Positions 25,679 through 36,700 of a stretch of 64,000 nucleotides of DNA are shown piece by piece; position 1 is the stretch's first letter, and each line of letters opens with the position of its first letter. Location of the stretch: positions 11,881,344-11,945,343 of the forward strand of contig NC_090417.1 of assembly GCF_036365525.1 (NCBI RefSeq), read 5' to 3'. The stretch comes from Heterodontus francisci. Its lineage: Eukaryota. The notes beneath the pieces were generated by a model. That model made no database searches. It was not told the DNA's origin and saw only the letters and a program-made list of their open reading frames with translations. The position numbers and the translations under genes are program-made.

Positions 25679-26619
25679 GGATGAAGCGCCTTGTGACGTT
25701 CAAGGCACGATATAAATATAAGTTGTTGCTGAGTGATCAGTGTTGTGTGGGAGGTCCTGACCTTGAAGCTAAAACATTATACTATGGCCCAGTTGCATTT
25801 TCAAGTCCAAAGACCTTGCAGTCACACTGGAAGGTGAGCAGATGGTTCTTCTGATCTGTTGTGCAACATTTCTTCTGCAACCAACACCCCCTCAAGTAAA
25901 TGAGCTGGTCAATCACCTCTGTGCGATTGTGTTCACTGACAAAGCAATTCATTCCCTGTGCAGTGCTCTTGAGTGTATTTTGAAGAATGTGATTAGGCAC
26001 TATCTAAATGCAAGTATTATGGATTTTGTCTTGCACTGTTAGTTTTTAAAAGCTGCATGGTATTTTGACCATTGTAACAATTTGGTAAAAAACAGTCTGG
26101 CCCAACAGCAGAGCTGTAACTGTTGTATGAATTTAAGCTGAAATGTCTTTCTAGTTGTGACAATAATGTGCTTGGAGGCTATTGCTTTGCCTTAAATGCA
26201 GTTTAGTCCAAATCAGCAATCTGCTCCTGATGACGATTCAATTGTACTTGCTCAAAGATGCCCGAGAATTTCATGTCAACAAGGGATGCATCCATGGCTG
26301 AATATCTTGTTCAACCATCTATCTGGACTTAAGTGTGATATTCCAGTGGAGAACCATGTCATCACTGGATCTGCTGGGCGATTCTAATGCTAGCTTTGGT
26401 TATAGGGTAACAAACAACATCAGCCATGTACCTCTAGTGCCTCAGGACTCTCACTGGCAGGGCACCCAGACACCACGTCACTTAAAATCTCCCTCAGTCA
26501 GTAGCCTGGCAGAAAGACAGAGATGGAATCTGAGTCTGTATTTTGTGGTCATGTCCAGATTTCTCTTGGTCTGTGAGCAACAAAGGGGCGATGGGGGATT
26601 GGGCACAGCGTCATGCAAC

Positions 26620-27995
26620 AGGGCTATCATGCCCATGTTGGCCATCAAGCGCCTGTCTATTCTCATCCCATTTTCCAGCACCTGGCCCGGAGCCTTGAAT
26701 GCCATAGTGTTTGAAGTGCTGATCTAAATCATAAAATATTGTGAGGGTTCCTGCCTCTACCACCCCTTCAGGCAGTGTGTTCCAGATTCCAATCACCTTC
26801 CGGGTGAAAACATTTTTGCTGAAATTCCCTCTAAACCTCCTGCACCTTACCTTAAATCTATGCCCCCTGGTTATTGACACCTCTGCAAAGGGAAAAAGTT
26901 TCTTCCTATCTATGCCCCTCATAATTTTGTATACCTCAATCAGGACCCCCCGCCCCCCCAGTGTTTTCTTTTTTTTTTAAGGAAAACAACCCTAGCATAT
27001 CCAGTCTCTCTTCATAGCTGAAATGCTCCAGCCCAGGCAACATCCTGGTGAATCTCCTCTGCACCCTCTCCAGTGCAATCACCTCCTTCCTATAGTGTGA
27101 TGACCAGAACTGTACAGAGTACTCCAGCTGTGGCTTAACCAGTGTTTTATACAGCTCCATCTTAACATCCCTGCTTTTATATTTTATGTCTCGGCTAATA
27201 AAGGCAAGTATCCCATATGCCTTCCTAACCACCTTATCTCCCTGTGCTGCTGCCTTAAGTGATCTATGGACTAGTACACCAAGGTCCCTCTGTACTTCCT
27301 AGGGTCCTATCATCCATTGTATATTCCCTTGCCTTGTTAGTCCTCCCAAAATGCATCACCTCACACTTCTCAGGATTACATTCCATTTGCCACAGCTCCG
27401 CCCATCTCACCAGCCCATCTAAATCGTCCTGTAATCTAAAGCTTTCCTCCTCACTAATTACGACACCACCAGTTTTCATATCATCTGCGAACTTAGTGAT
27501 CATACCTCCTTTATTCATGTCTAAATCATTAATGTACGCAACAAACAGCACCGATGCCTGCAGTACACCACTGGTTGCAGGCTTCCAATCACAAAAACAA
27601 CCTTCGACCATCACCCTCTGCCTCCTGCCACAACGCCAATTTTGAATCCAATTTGCCAAATTGCCCTGGATCCCATGGGCTATCAGCTTCATAGCCAATC
27701 TCCCATGCAGGATGTTGTCAAAAGTCTGCCTGAAGTCCATGTAGACGAGTTCAACTGCTTTACCTCATCTGCACATCTCGTCACCTCCTTGAAAAATTCC
27801 ATCAAGTTTGTAAGACATGAGCTCCCCCTGCCAAAGCATTTCTGAGTATCCTGGATTAATCTCTACCTGTCCAAGTGGAGATTAATCATGTCCCTCAGAA
27901 TTTTATTCAACAGTTTCCCTGCCACTGATGTTCGACTCAGTGGCCTGTAATTACCTGGTTTATCCCTGCTACCCTTATTGAATAATGGTACCACA
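26620..27995 (-). mobile_element. CR1-clade LINE RT and 3' end
   Basis: KFADD RT motif (ORF 27264-27740), LYKTLVKPQLEYSVQFWS (26936-27232), TRGHRFK (26611-26922). Confidence 0.9.
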
Positions 27996-28151
27996 TTGAA
28001 TCTCTGAAGCAACAGTACATAAGGACATAAGAAATAGCAGAAATAGATCATGCGGTTCGCAAGCCCGCTGCACCATTCAGGACGATCATAGCTGATCCTG
28101 TACCTTCACTTCACTTTTCTCCCTTGTCCCCGTATCCTTTGTTTTCCATTC

Positions 28152-29020
28152 GTGTCCACTAATGATGAAGGAATTTGGAATAGGATAAATAAGATTGGAG
28201 AGCTAAATGTGTCGTTCAAAGATTGGTGTGAGAGAAATAGGTTTCGATTCAGGAGACACTGGAACCACTACTGGGGAAAGTGGGAGCTTTCCCTTTGGGA
28301 CGGTCTTTACCTGAACCGTGAGAGAGGATCTTCGAGTGAAGGATCAAGATGTAGAATCAATTTGGGTGGAGTGAAGAAACAGCTAGGGGCAGCAAACATT
28401 GGTGTGAGTTGTTTATAGGCCATAAAACAGTAGTGGTAATGTTGGGCACGGCATAAGTCAGGAAATCAGAGGTGCATGCAACATGGGTGATATAGTAAAT
28501 ATGGGCGACATCAATTTACATCAAGACTGGATAAACCAAATCAGTACTGATGCTGTGGAAGATGAATTCCTGGAGTGTGCACAAGATGGGCTTCTGGAAT
28601 AATATGTTGAAGAACCAACTGGAGGACAGGCTATTATAGATTTAGTGTTATGTAATGACTAAGAAAATTAACCTTGCTGTGAAGGAGCCTTTGGGAAATA
28701 GTGACCATAATATTATAGAATTTTGCATCAAGTTTGAAAGTGATATATTTCATTCTGAAACTAGGGGTCTTAAATCTGAGCAAGGAAACTATGAAGGTAT
28801 GAGTGGCAAGTTGGTGATGGTGGATTGGGAAAATCTAGTCCAAGATTTGACGGTAGCCAGGCCATGGCTTGTATTTAAAGAGGTATCACAAGGTCTGCAA
28901 CAAATATATATTCCTCTGAGACACAAAAACCCAACAGGAAAGATGAATCAAACGTAGCCAACAAAAGTTTAAGATTGCATTAGATCAAAGGAAGTGGCTT
29001 ATAAGGTTGCCAGAAAAAGT
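28152..29020 (+). mobile_element. CR1-clade LINE fragment (ORF1 end and endonuclease), degenerate
   Basis: DGLYLN (ORF1 esterase-like end) and EPLGNSDHNIIEF (endonuclease end). Confidence 0.75.
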
Positions 29021-29419
29021 CTTCAGAAATGCCTCTTTGATCTAGACTGCAATCACAGTAATAGTCTGTCTCTACCCTATTAAGCCCCTTTCGAATCTTG
29101 GATTTCAATGAGATCATCTCTCATCCTTGTAAACTCTACAGAATATAGGCCCATTCTATTTGATCTCTCATCATTGAACTGCTCTTTCATCCCTTGAATC
29201 AAGTTGCATTCCCTCCAAAGCAAGTTTATCCGTGCACATGGTCTGCTTTTACCAAAGTCCGATAGAATTGCAGAATTATTTACTCATACTCCACCTTCTT
29301 TCAATCAACTTGACAGATGGTAGAAAGGGGGTGGGTGACGATGGGGGAGGACTCGGTTGTAAAGTCGCCACAGTCAAATATTGTGCTGATGTTTGCAGTC
29401 CAGCCGACAGGAATGTCTA

Positions 29420-29632
29420 CAAAAGCAAAATGCTGGAAATGTGAAACAAAAACAGAAAATGCTGGAAATACTCAAAAGGTCAGGCAGCGTCTATGGACTG
29501 AAAAGCAGCGTTGTTTCAGGTCCATGACCTTCTTGACTTTCTGATGAAATGTCGTCAACCTGAAAGAATGCTGCTTTTCTGTCCACAGATGCTGTCTGAC
29601 TGAGTATTTCTAGCATTTTCTGTTTTTGTTCC
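29420..29632. repeat. Fold-back (palindromic) derivative of the Penelope-like terminal repeat
   Basis: Left arm AACAAAAACAGAAAATGCTGGAAATACTCA pairs with right arm TGAGTATTTCTAGCATTTTCTGTTTTTGTT; degenerate CTGATGA..GAAA at 29541-29565. Confidence 0.7.
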
Positions 29633-30420
29633 AGGAGTTGCCACTTGGGAGATACCTACTGGAGCCTGGTTTGTCTCCCATTGAGACCCCTTGCTTTTCG
29701 GGAAGGAGTCGGCAAAGATAATAAGGAAAAGTAAAGTTGCTTAGCTTTCTTAAAATGCATGATCGTGATGGTGTAAGTGCAGAGGCTGAATCTATAAGTA
29801 GTCATCTCAGGTTAAACTGGATTTGGTTCTCATTTAGACTGACTGTCAGATCTCAGGATCCTTGGGCCAGTGGTTTATTTCTGAAGTAAAGAAACAAAAA
29901 ACTCATCTAACATCAGTTTTAAAAGTGCCTCAAAACATACAAGCTTCTAAAGGGGCTTGATAGGGACAGGTTCAACCAGAGAACATAAACTCTGGATGAA
30001 AGGAATTCCAAGATTTGAGGTGCTTTTGATGGTGGGGGCGAGAATTATTTTCAGTGGTCAGTGAGTTGCTAAGTAGGAGGCCATGGTGGGAATGGGATGC
30101 ATAGCCAATGTCAGGGCAAGAGGAAACCATAATCTCCTTTAAATGGGCTGGGGGTAAACAGTTGAAAAAGAAAATTTCTAAAAACCACAGGACAAGCGAG
30201 CAAGACATATCCATGCTGTCAAATCCTACAAGTTGAATGAGTATTTGGTTGAGAGTGGAAAATTGCTGGTGCTTCCAAGGAGCTCAGCTGGGATGAATGA
30301 ATAAGTCAAGTTGCAGTGAATTTTACAGTAGGGCGTGTTTCAAATTCCCTGGGATATTTTTCACTTACCAGTTGACTTGCTGTGCATTGAGATTCTTTGT
30401 TTCAATTTCTCTCTCTTTAG

Positions 30421-30579
30421 GGTGGCATTGCCTTTGTTGCTATAAAAGGGGCTTTAAAGGTTTACTTCAGACAACAGCAATATCTCATCCAGGCAAACCG
30501 CCGGATTCTCAACTACCCTGAGCGGGGCGAGGAGCAAGAAGAGCTGCAGGCTGGCTACGATGATTCTGGCAGTGACTAA
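30421..30579 (+). CDS. MARCHF5: MARCHF5-like exon 6 (terminal coding exon; spliced CDS 879 nt, 292 aa)
   Basis: ctctctttag acceptor; encodes GGIAFVAIKGALKVYFRQQQYLIQANRRILNYPERGEEQEELQAGYDDSGSD followed by TAA at 30577-30579. Confidence 0.95.
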   Translation, partial: GGIAFVAIKGALKVYFRQQQYLIQANRRILNYPERGEEQEELQAGYDDSGSD

Positions 30580-31687
30580 ATCAGTGAAGGAGGCAATGAT
30601 CAGCTGACATGTGAGCAGGTGCTGCACAGGGATAGACTGTTTACTCTTCCTGCTGTCCGGCCCATTTGGAATTGGCATTCGACATAATCCCCACTCTGGG
30701 CTGTCACCGCATTCCCAGATCGCTCGGTGCTGGCGAGGAATCCAGCCCTCGTTCTGTTTATCGAGCTCCCATCACTTTTTTTTTGGTGTGGGTCTGAGCA
30801 TTCGTCTTCATTTTTACTCGGCATTGCCGCCTTTAATTGTTTTATACTGCTTTGTTAATGACGTTTTTTTTTGTTACTTTGGAGGACTGCCACTCAGCTG
30901 AAGGCCCCTATCCCAACCAGGACCTTGCTTGAGACTTGTACTGAGTGCTGCACCATGACTTGGTTCTGCATCTGCGATTGGCGCGTGCGCACACACATAC
31001 GGGCAGCTTTCTCACGTAGACTGGGGACCTCCGTCACAGGTGATACATTTATTCTCGGACTCTCTGTTCAGTTGTATTAGCACAATTTCAGTGGCAATAT
31101 GAAAGGTCGGATAACCTGTCCTCCCCATCACGTTCTCGCGCCCTTTGCTAGAGAGGCGAAAGCGCTCAATCTGAGCTGAGTCAGAGATCCACAGCTGGGC
31201 ATCTGACCAAGGGATCCACCTGGAGCAGCTAATTGGCCAACAGTGAAGAAAGGTTGGGGGCAGTTTTTGGGTCACAAGTGGTTTTCCCACCAAGGCTGTT
31301 TTGAGTTCACACACCTGGTGATTTTTTTTTTTAACATTAATGAGCAATTCTTTTGTCAGATCTTGCGATACTTAACGTGAAAAGGAATTACCGAGGAATT
31401 AAGTCGGCGTTTGACAAGCTTCTGCCCTGTGGAGTTTTCTACCCTTGTTGCACGTGGCTAAAACAAGCAAATCAAAATAAGTGACTCGATTTGTAATTAT
31501 ATATTGAAAACTAGAATATTTTACTTTTTTTTTTACCTACAGGAAATAATTTATTTTTAATGAAAATTCCTTTGCTGTCTGCAATGGCACACCTCATTAT
31601 TGCTCTTAAATTTGTGTTTTGCTTTACTACTTCTGCAAAGCTGTTTGGAATAATTAAGCTGGGAAAAATAGCCTCTGAGTTTAATTT

Positions 31688-31693
31688 AATAAA
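31688..31693 (+). terminator. Candidate polyadenylation signal of the MARCHF5-like gene
   Basis: First AATAAA I found downstream of the stop codon, followed ~15-35 nt later by a GT/T-rich tract; alternative AATAAA near 32318-32330. Confidence 0.45.
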
Positions 31694-34600
31694 AGTGCCA
31701 GCTCTGAATTGTTGCCTGTTTTGTCGTTCTGCTAAATTCCAGTCTCTCAAGCATTTCAGAGCCTTTTTTTTTTTGCTTTATTTTTGTGTGAGTGACTTCT
31801 TTCCCCACACCCTTCTGCAGGTGATGGCAGTTGTTAGAGTTTTCGTGTTGCTGGGTGAGGCAAGGAGCAATGTCGTGTTGGTTCACTGGTTTGCAGCAAT
31901 TGCAAGGCCTGTCCTATTTCTGTACCTTCCAATTGTGCCGAATGTGAGGACGTAACCAGAAGGTGTGTTTGCCATGATTCTGGGGAAATGAATGAACTTT
32001 ACTCTGCAGAGGTGAGAGATGTGCATCTTGCTTTGCTGTTCGGAAACCCTCCAAAGATTTCTGCACTCCTCCCAGATGTGGCCTCTTGTATACTACTGAT
32101 GTTCATGGCTCCACCACTGCCATCAGTGCCTTCAGCCCCATGGAATTTATTAACCAAACTTTTTTGACCTCTCTCTATCATCCTTCAAGACACTCCTTTA
32201 CAGCCTACCTATTGGGCTAAGCTTCTGCCTTAAATATTTTCTGACAAGGCTTGGTGTCAAATTTTGTTCTCAATATTGCTGTTAAGTGCCTGGAAAGCCT
32301 TGGGTTTAAAGGTGCCAAATAAAAAATAAAGTTGTTGAATGCGTTCCCTTCCCTGTAGCTACAGTGTCTTTGGTATTCAAGTTTGGAAGCTTCAAGTCAG
32401 CAGGCCTGTTTGGCTGGGTTGATCCATAGTCCTTTTGGTTAACTCGGACAAATTGCTATTGGTTTGTGAATTTTGACTTCCAAAGCTCATGTTCATTGTG
32501 ACCAAACATCTTGCTCACAGTCTTGGTTTGCAAGTAGAGTGTCTTCATTTTGGCTGAGATTACTGGGAGTCTGCTCATGACTGTAGAATAAGATCAAGGA
32601 CAAAAACTGACCAAAGGTCTCTGCTAAGACTCCACATGTTCTGCCCTAACTGTGTTTGCTCCTCCCTGATTTGCAATCTGAAACTGACTGATGAAGGCTG
32701 CTCAACACTGGAGATCAGCTTCAAGACCTGTGGCCAATCAATCGATCGCCTAGAGCTTCATTCAAACATTACGTAGGTTGCCTGTCTCTCCTAACCACCA
32801 CTATTGAAACGCTTGTTCACTTCTTTCTCCAACTTCAGTCTGAACTCCAAGCTCCATGCTATTCCATCACATCAAGGAATCTACCGTCTATGTCCAGTCC
32901 CACTCACTCAACACTTAGATTCTTGCTGACCCTCCCTACCCTTGATGGCTTTTGATTTCCCCCAAACTTCTTGTATTTCAAACCCTAATGATAAATGTCA
33001 TTGACTGAATCACCATACATCTACAGCCTCCTTCAGTTCCAGAAGCCAGTGTGAACTTCTGCCCTTGGAAGCTTAGATTTCTTCTCATCTGCCCCTCTTT
33101 CCACTCCAGTATCAATGGCAGAGCCTTCAGTCATCACAGCCTCATCCTCTGCACGTCTTTTCCTGAATCCCTTCCTCTTAATACCTCTTTAATAACCTTC
33201 ATAATACCATCAAACCCTTAGTCTTCAAGAGTAGTAATACTCTGCTTCTTGCATTCCATTCCACACTAAATCCCACTCATACATTTACTCCTGTTGTTGA
33301 CCGATATTGGCTCCTGGTCTCCAGGAACTCCAATTTCAAGTTCCCATTATTGAACTTAAATAGCTTTATAACTTTGCTTCTTCCAAGTCTATAATCTCCT
33401 CCAGAATCTACCCCCACCCAAAGAACACTCTGTCCCTATGATTCTGGCGCCTCATACAGCCAGTTGTTCCCATCTCCGCACAATCAGCAGCTGGGCACCG
33501 AACAGGCTACGCTCCAGGCTATGCAATCCTTTCAGTATTCGGCTCGACTTTTGCTCCTCAGATCTTGCTTCAAAAAAAACACTCCTTTGACCGAACTTTA
33601 GCTGAGCTTGCACGATACATTCTTTAGCATGATGTCCATTTTGAATAAGTCAGTGTGTGAAATGCCCACACTTGACGCATTATTAGTTTCCTCTCCGTCC
33701 AGCTCAATGTGCATTTACCCCCATTCATGTTGGACTCTGTATAAGTTGGGCTCTGAAGCAATAGGTCGCGAGACTGAGATTGATGAATGAATGACAGGAA
33801 ATAAGTCAAAGCAGGAAGCAATGGTAGTTCAATTTGGATTTCGAGCAATTTACTGGAAACAAAGCATATGAGTCAACACCACAGCTCAGTTTCAATATTA
33901 CATGTATGGTATACTATGGTTGCAGTGTGACTCTTAGACTATATTTAAAGCTCGTGATATTTTTTGTGGGTATAGAATGTCTTTTTCTGGCTCTGGAGTT
34001 TGAAAGGTTTACTGACACCTGCTGAGTGTCTTGAATTTAATGTCAACACCCTTGCTCGAGGGTTCAGTGTTGCTGCTGTTCTCTGTACCCATCTCCGTCA
34101 CAGCATATTATATCAGCATATCGGCCAAAATTCAACACTTTTTTTTTTTTAATGGTGTGGCAAAAACAGCCTTGCAAAGCTTCAGTATGACTCCAGCAAC
34201 TTATGGAATTGTTTCCCCACATTGGGCATTATTCTTACTGGTGAATCAAGGGCGTGGACACAGCACAGGCCATTATGAATGGGCTCATCTGCCAGCAAGT
34301 TCATGGCATTGAAGAGATACACCATGATTTGTGAACCTGCAGAATTTGCTGTTCAATTTATGCTGCTCTGCCATTTGCTTTGCAAAAATCCCACCCTCAA
34401 CCTCCCTGTTGTTTTTTTAGCAATTGTTGGATTTGGGCACAAACTGCCGATTAAATACATCACATCAAGATAGGCTGGAATTTAAACGTCTGAAGTACAT
34501 GTTTGAACACACGACTATTACTGCAACGCTAGTTAGTCTGTTCCGGAAAAGGAATAATTTAAGCTGTTGAATCTCATTTCAAACACAAAGTAAAAACTGA

Positions 34601-36329
34601 AAGATATTGTCAAGTCAAATTTTAAATTTACATTGGTCTTTACCTTTGATTTCTGTCTCTGAATCCTTTCTTTCTTTCCCTCTATTGATTTTAACTTTCT
34701 GTACCTGATTTGAGTCTAATTTTCATCCTCCGTCATCCCTCTGTTTCTTACGCAATCCTTAAATCTCATTGATGTCGCACTTCGACTGTTGATGTTGCCA
34801 TTCGTTGAGATCACAGACTCTTGCCATGTCATTGTTAGCTCCTATTTCCATCAAGTTAAGGTGCAGAAAAAGTTGAGCTGAAGGGTGTAGATCAAAGTTC
34901 AACCCTTGCTGTACTTCAGGAAAAGACCCACTCCAGCAAGATCTTCCTCATGTACATAGCAACTGAAAGCAATCAAGGTCCTTGAATGGTTTTGGGGATG
35001 AAGGTCTTGTCAGGTGCAGAGACTGGAGAAGCTGGGGGGAAGGGCTGTTGTCCTTAGAGCATGGAAGGTTAAGAGAGATTTGACATTGATGTCCAAAGTC
35101 ATGAGCAGCCTCAAAGGAAACAGATTCAACAGTAACTTTTAAGCAAAACAAAAACCACAGGGTTAAAAGCAAAGCAACTGGCACAATCACAACGGCCTGC
35201 TAGCCTTCCTTGAGCTTTAACTTCTGCTCGTGTCCTGTCCTCCCAAAAGTATCACTCACCCCTCCATGGTTCTCACTGACCTGCATTGACTCCCAGTGCC
35301 ATAAACATATTAAATATGGGGGCATGAAAGTGTAGTGTTTAGGGAGTGAATTTCAGAGTGCTGCTTCGGTGGTTGAAGGCATAGCCATCAACAGTTTGGT
35401 GAGGGAAGGGAAGTGCAGAAGATGGCAGAGTGGTGGGTGGGTAAAGGGGGAGGAAGTTATTGAGCAAGGGAGTCTCTGGTTTTCGGGCAAAGGCAAGGAT
35501 CTGTTGGTCTTTGCTGATAGTTGATTTAACTAGCACACTGTTTCTGCAAGCACAGCACTTTCCACTGGCACTCTTTCAGAAGTTGGTGCTCGCAGGAGTC
35601 TGTATGTGTTTGAAGGGTAATATGTGCTGTGGGCAGAAAAATTCAATCAAAATTGCTTTGTCATAACAGCGAGAGTCTGATCTGTTCACCTTTCTTGCAG
35701 ATGCAGTTAACATGGTTGGTCCCTGAATTGGGAAGGTGATCAAACAGCCCTGCGTTCTCTGTGCTGAGAGGACATTCTTCTCACAGAAGGCTGAATAAGC
35801 TGGGGCTCTTTTCTGTCGAAAAGAGAAAGCTGAGGGGTGATTTGAAAGAGTTCTTTTTCATTATGAATGCTTTGATAGGGTGGATGTAGAGAAATTGTTT
35901 CCACCTGTGGGTAAATCCAAAGCATAGATGCATTGAAGGGTAAACTAGATAAGCACAGGAGGGAGGGAGGGAGGAATAGCAGGATGTATTGATAGGCTGA
36001 GATGAAGGGTGGAAGGAGGTGCATGTGCAGCACAAGTGCTGGAATACACCAGTTGGGCCAAATGACCTGTTGCTGTGCTGCACATTGATTTCTAACTCCT
36101 GATCAAGACCACTAGTTTGCAGTTTTTGCTTGAAGAATTGTGCAATGTGATCCTGCCAATGCTGATGAAGGTACTGAAATCCCATGCAAGATTGGAAATG
36201 ACAACCTAAATTTAATTTGTTCAATCAGTTGGTCTGCTCACAACCATCGGGAGAATGTCAAGGGAAATCTTGTTCAGCTTGATCCTCTTTACTTTGATCA
36301 ACTATTATCTGTGTCTGTGTCTTGAACAC

Positions 36330-36700
36330 AAAAATCTAGCTGACACTCCAGTGTAGTACAGAGATAGTTGTGCATTGTCAGAGGTGCCATCCTCGGGATG
36401 AGAGATTACACTGAGGTGGTGTCTGCTGTTTTACGTTGACCTAAAACATGCCATGGCTCTATTTTCAAGAACAGCAAGGAACTTGTCCCCAGTGCCATGG
36501 GCCAATATCTTTTTCTCAAACAGTATCCCAAGAAACACATCATCTGGTTATGATTGCATTGCTGGTTGTGGGATCTTTCCATGTGGGAATGGCTGCCATG
36601 TTACATAAATGCCAATGACAACAAAACTTACTTCATTGGCTGTAAAACGCATTGGGACATCCTCAAGACACCAAAGGCAGTACAGAAGTGCAAGTGTTTT
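36330..36700 (+). mobile_element. DeuSINE (SacSINE1-like) copy
   Basis: Deu-domain-like GCATTGTCAGAGGTGCCATC..GATGAGA and L2-type tail; homologous to copies at 48005, 50478 and 52530. Confidence 0.65.

Noticed and set aside
36152-36200. CTGATGA-AGGTACT-GAAA hammerhead-like core
   Set aside because: Stem II is only 2 bp and no stem I can close correctly next to the core; probably chance
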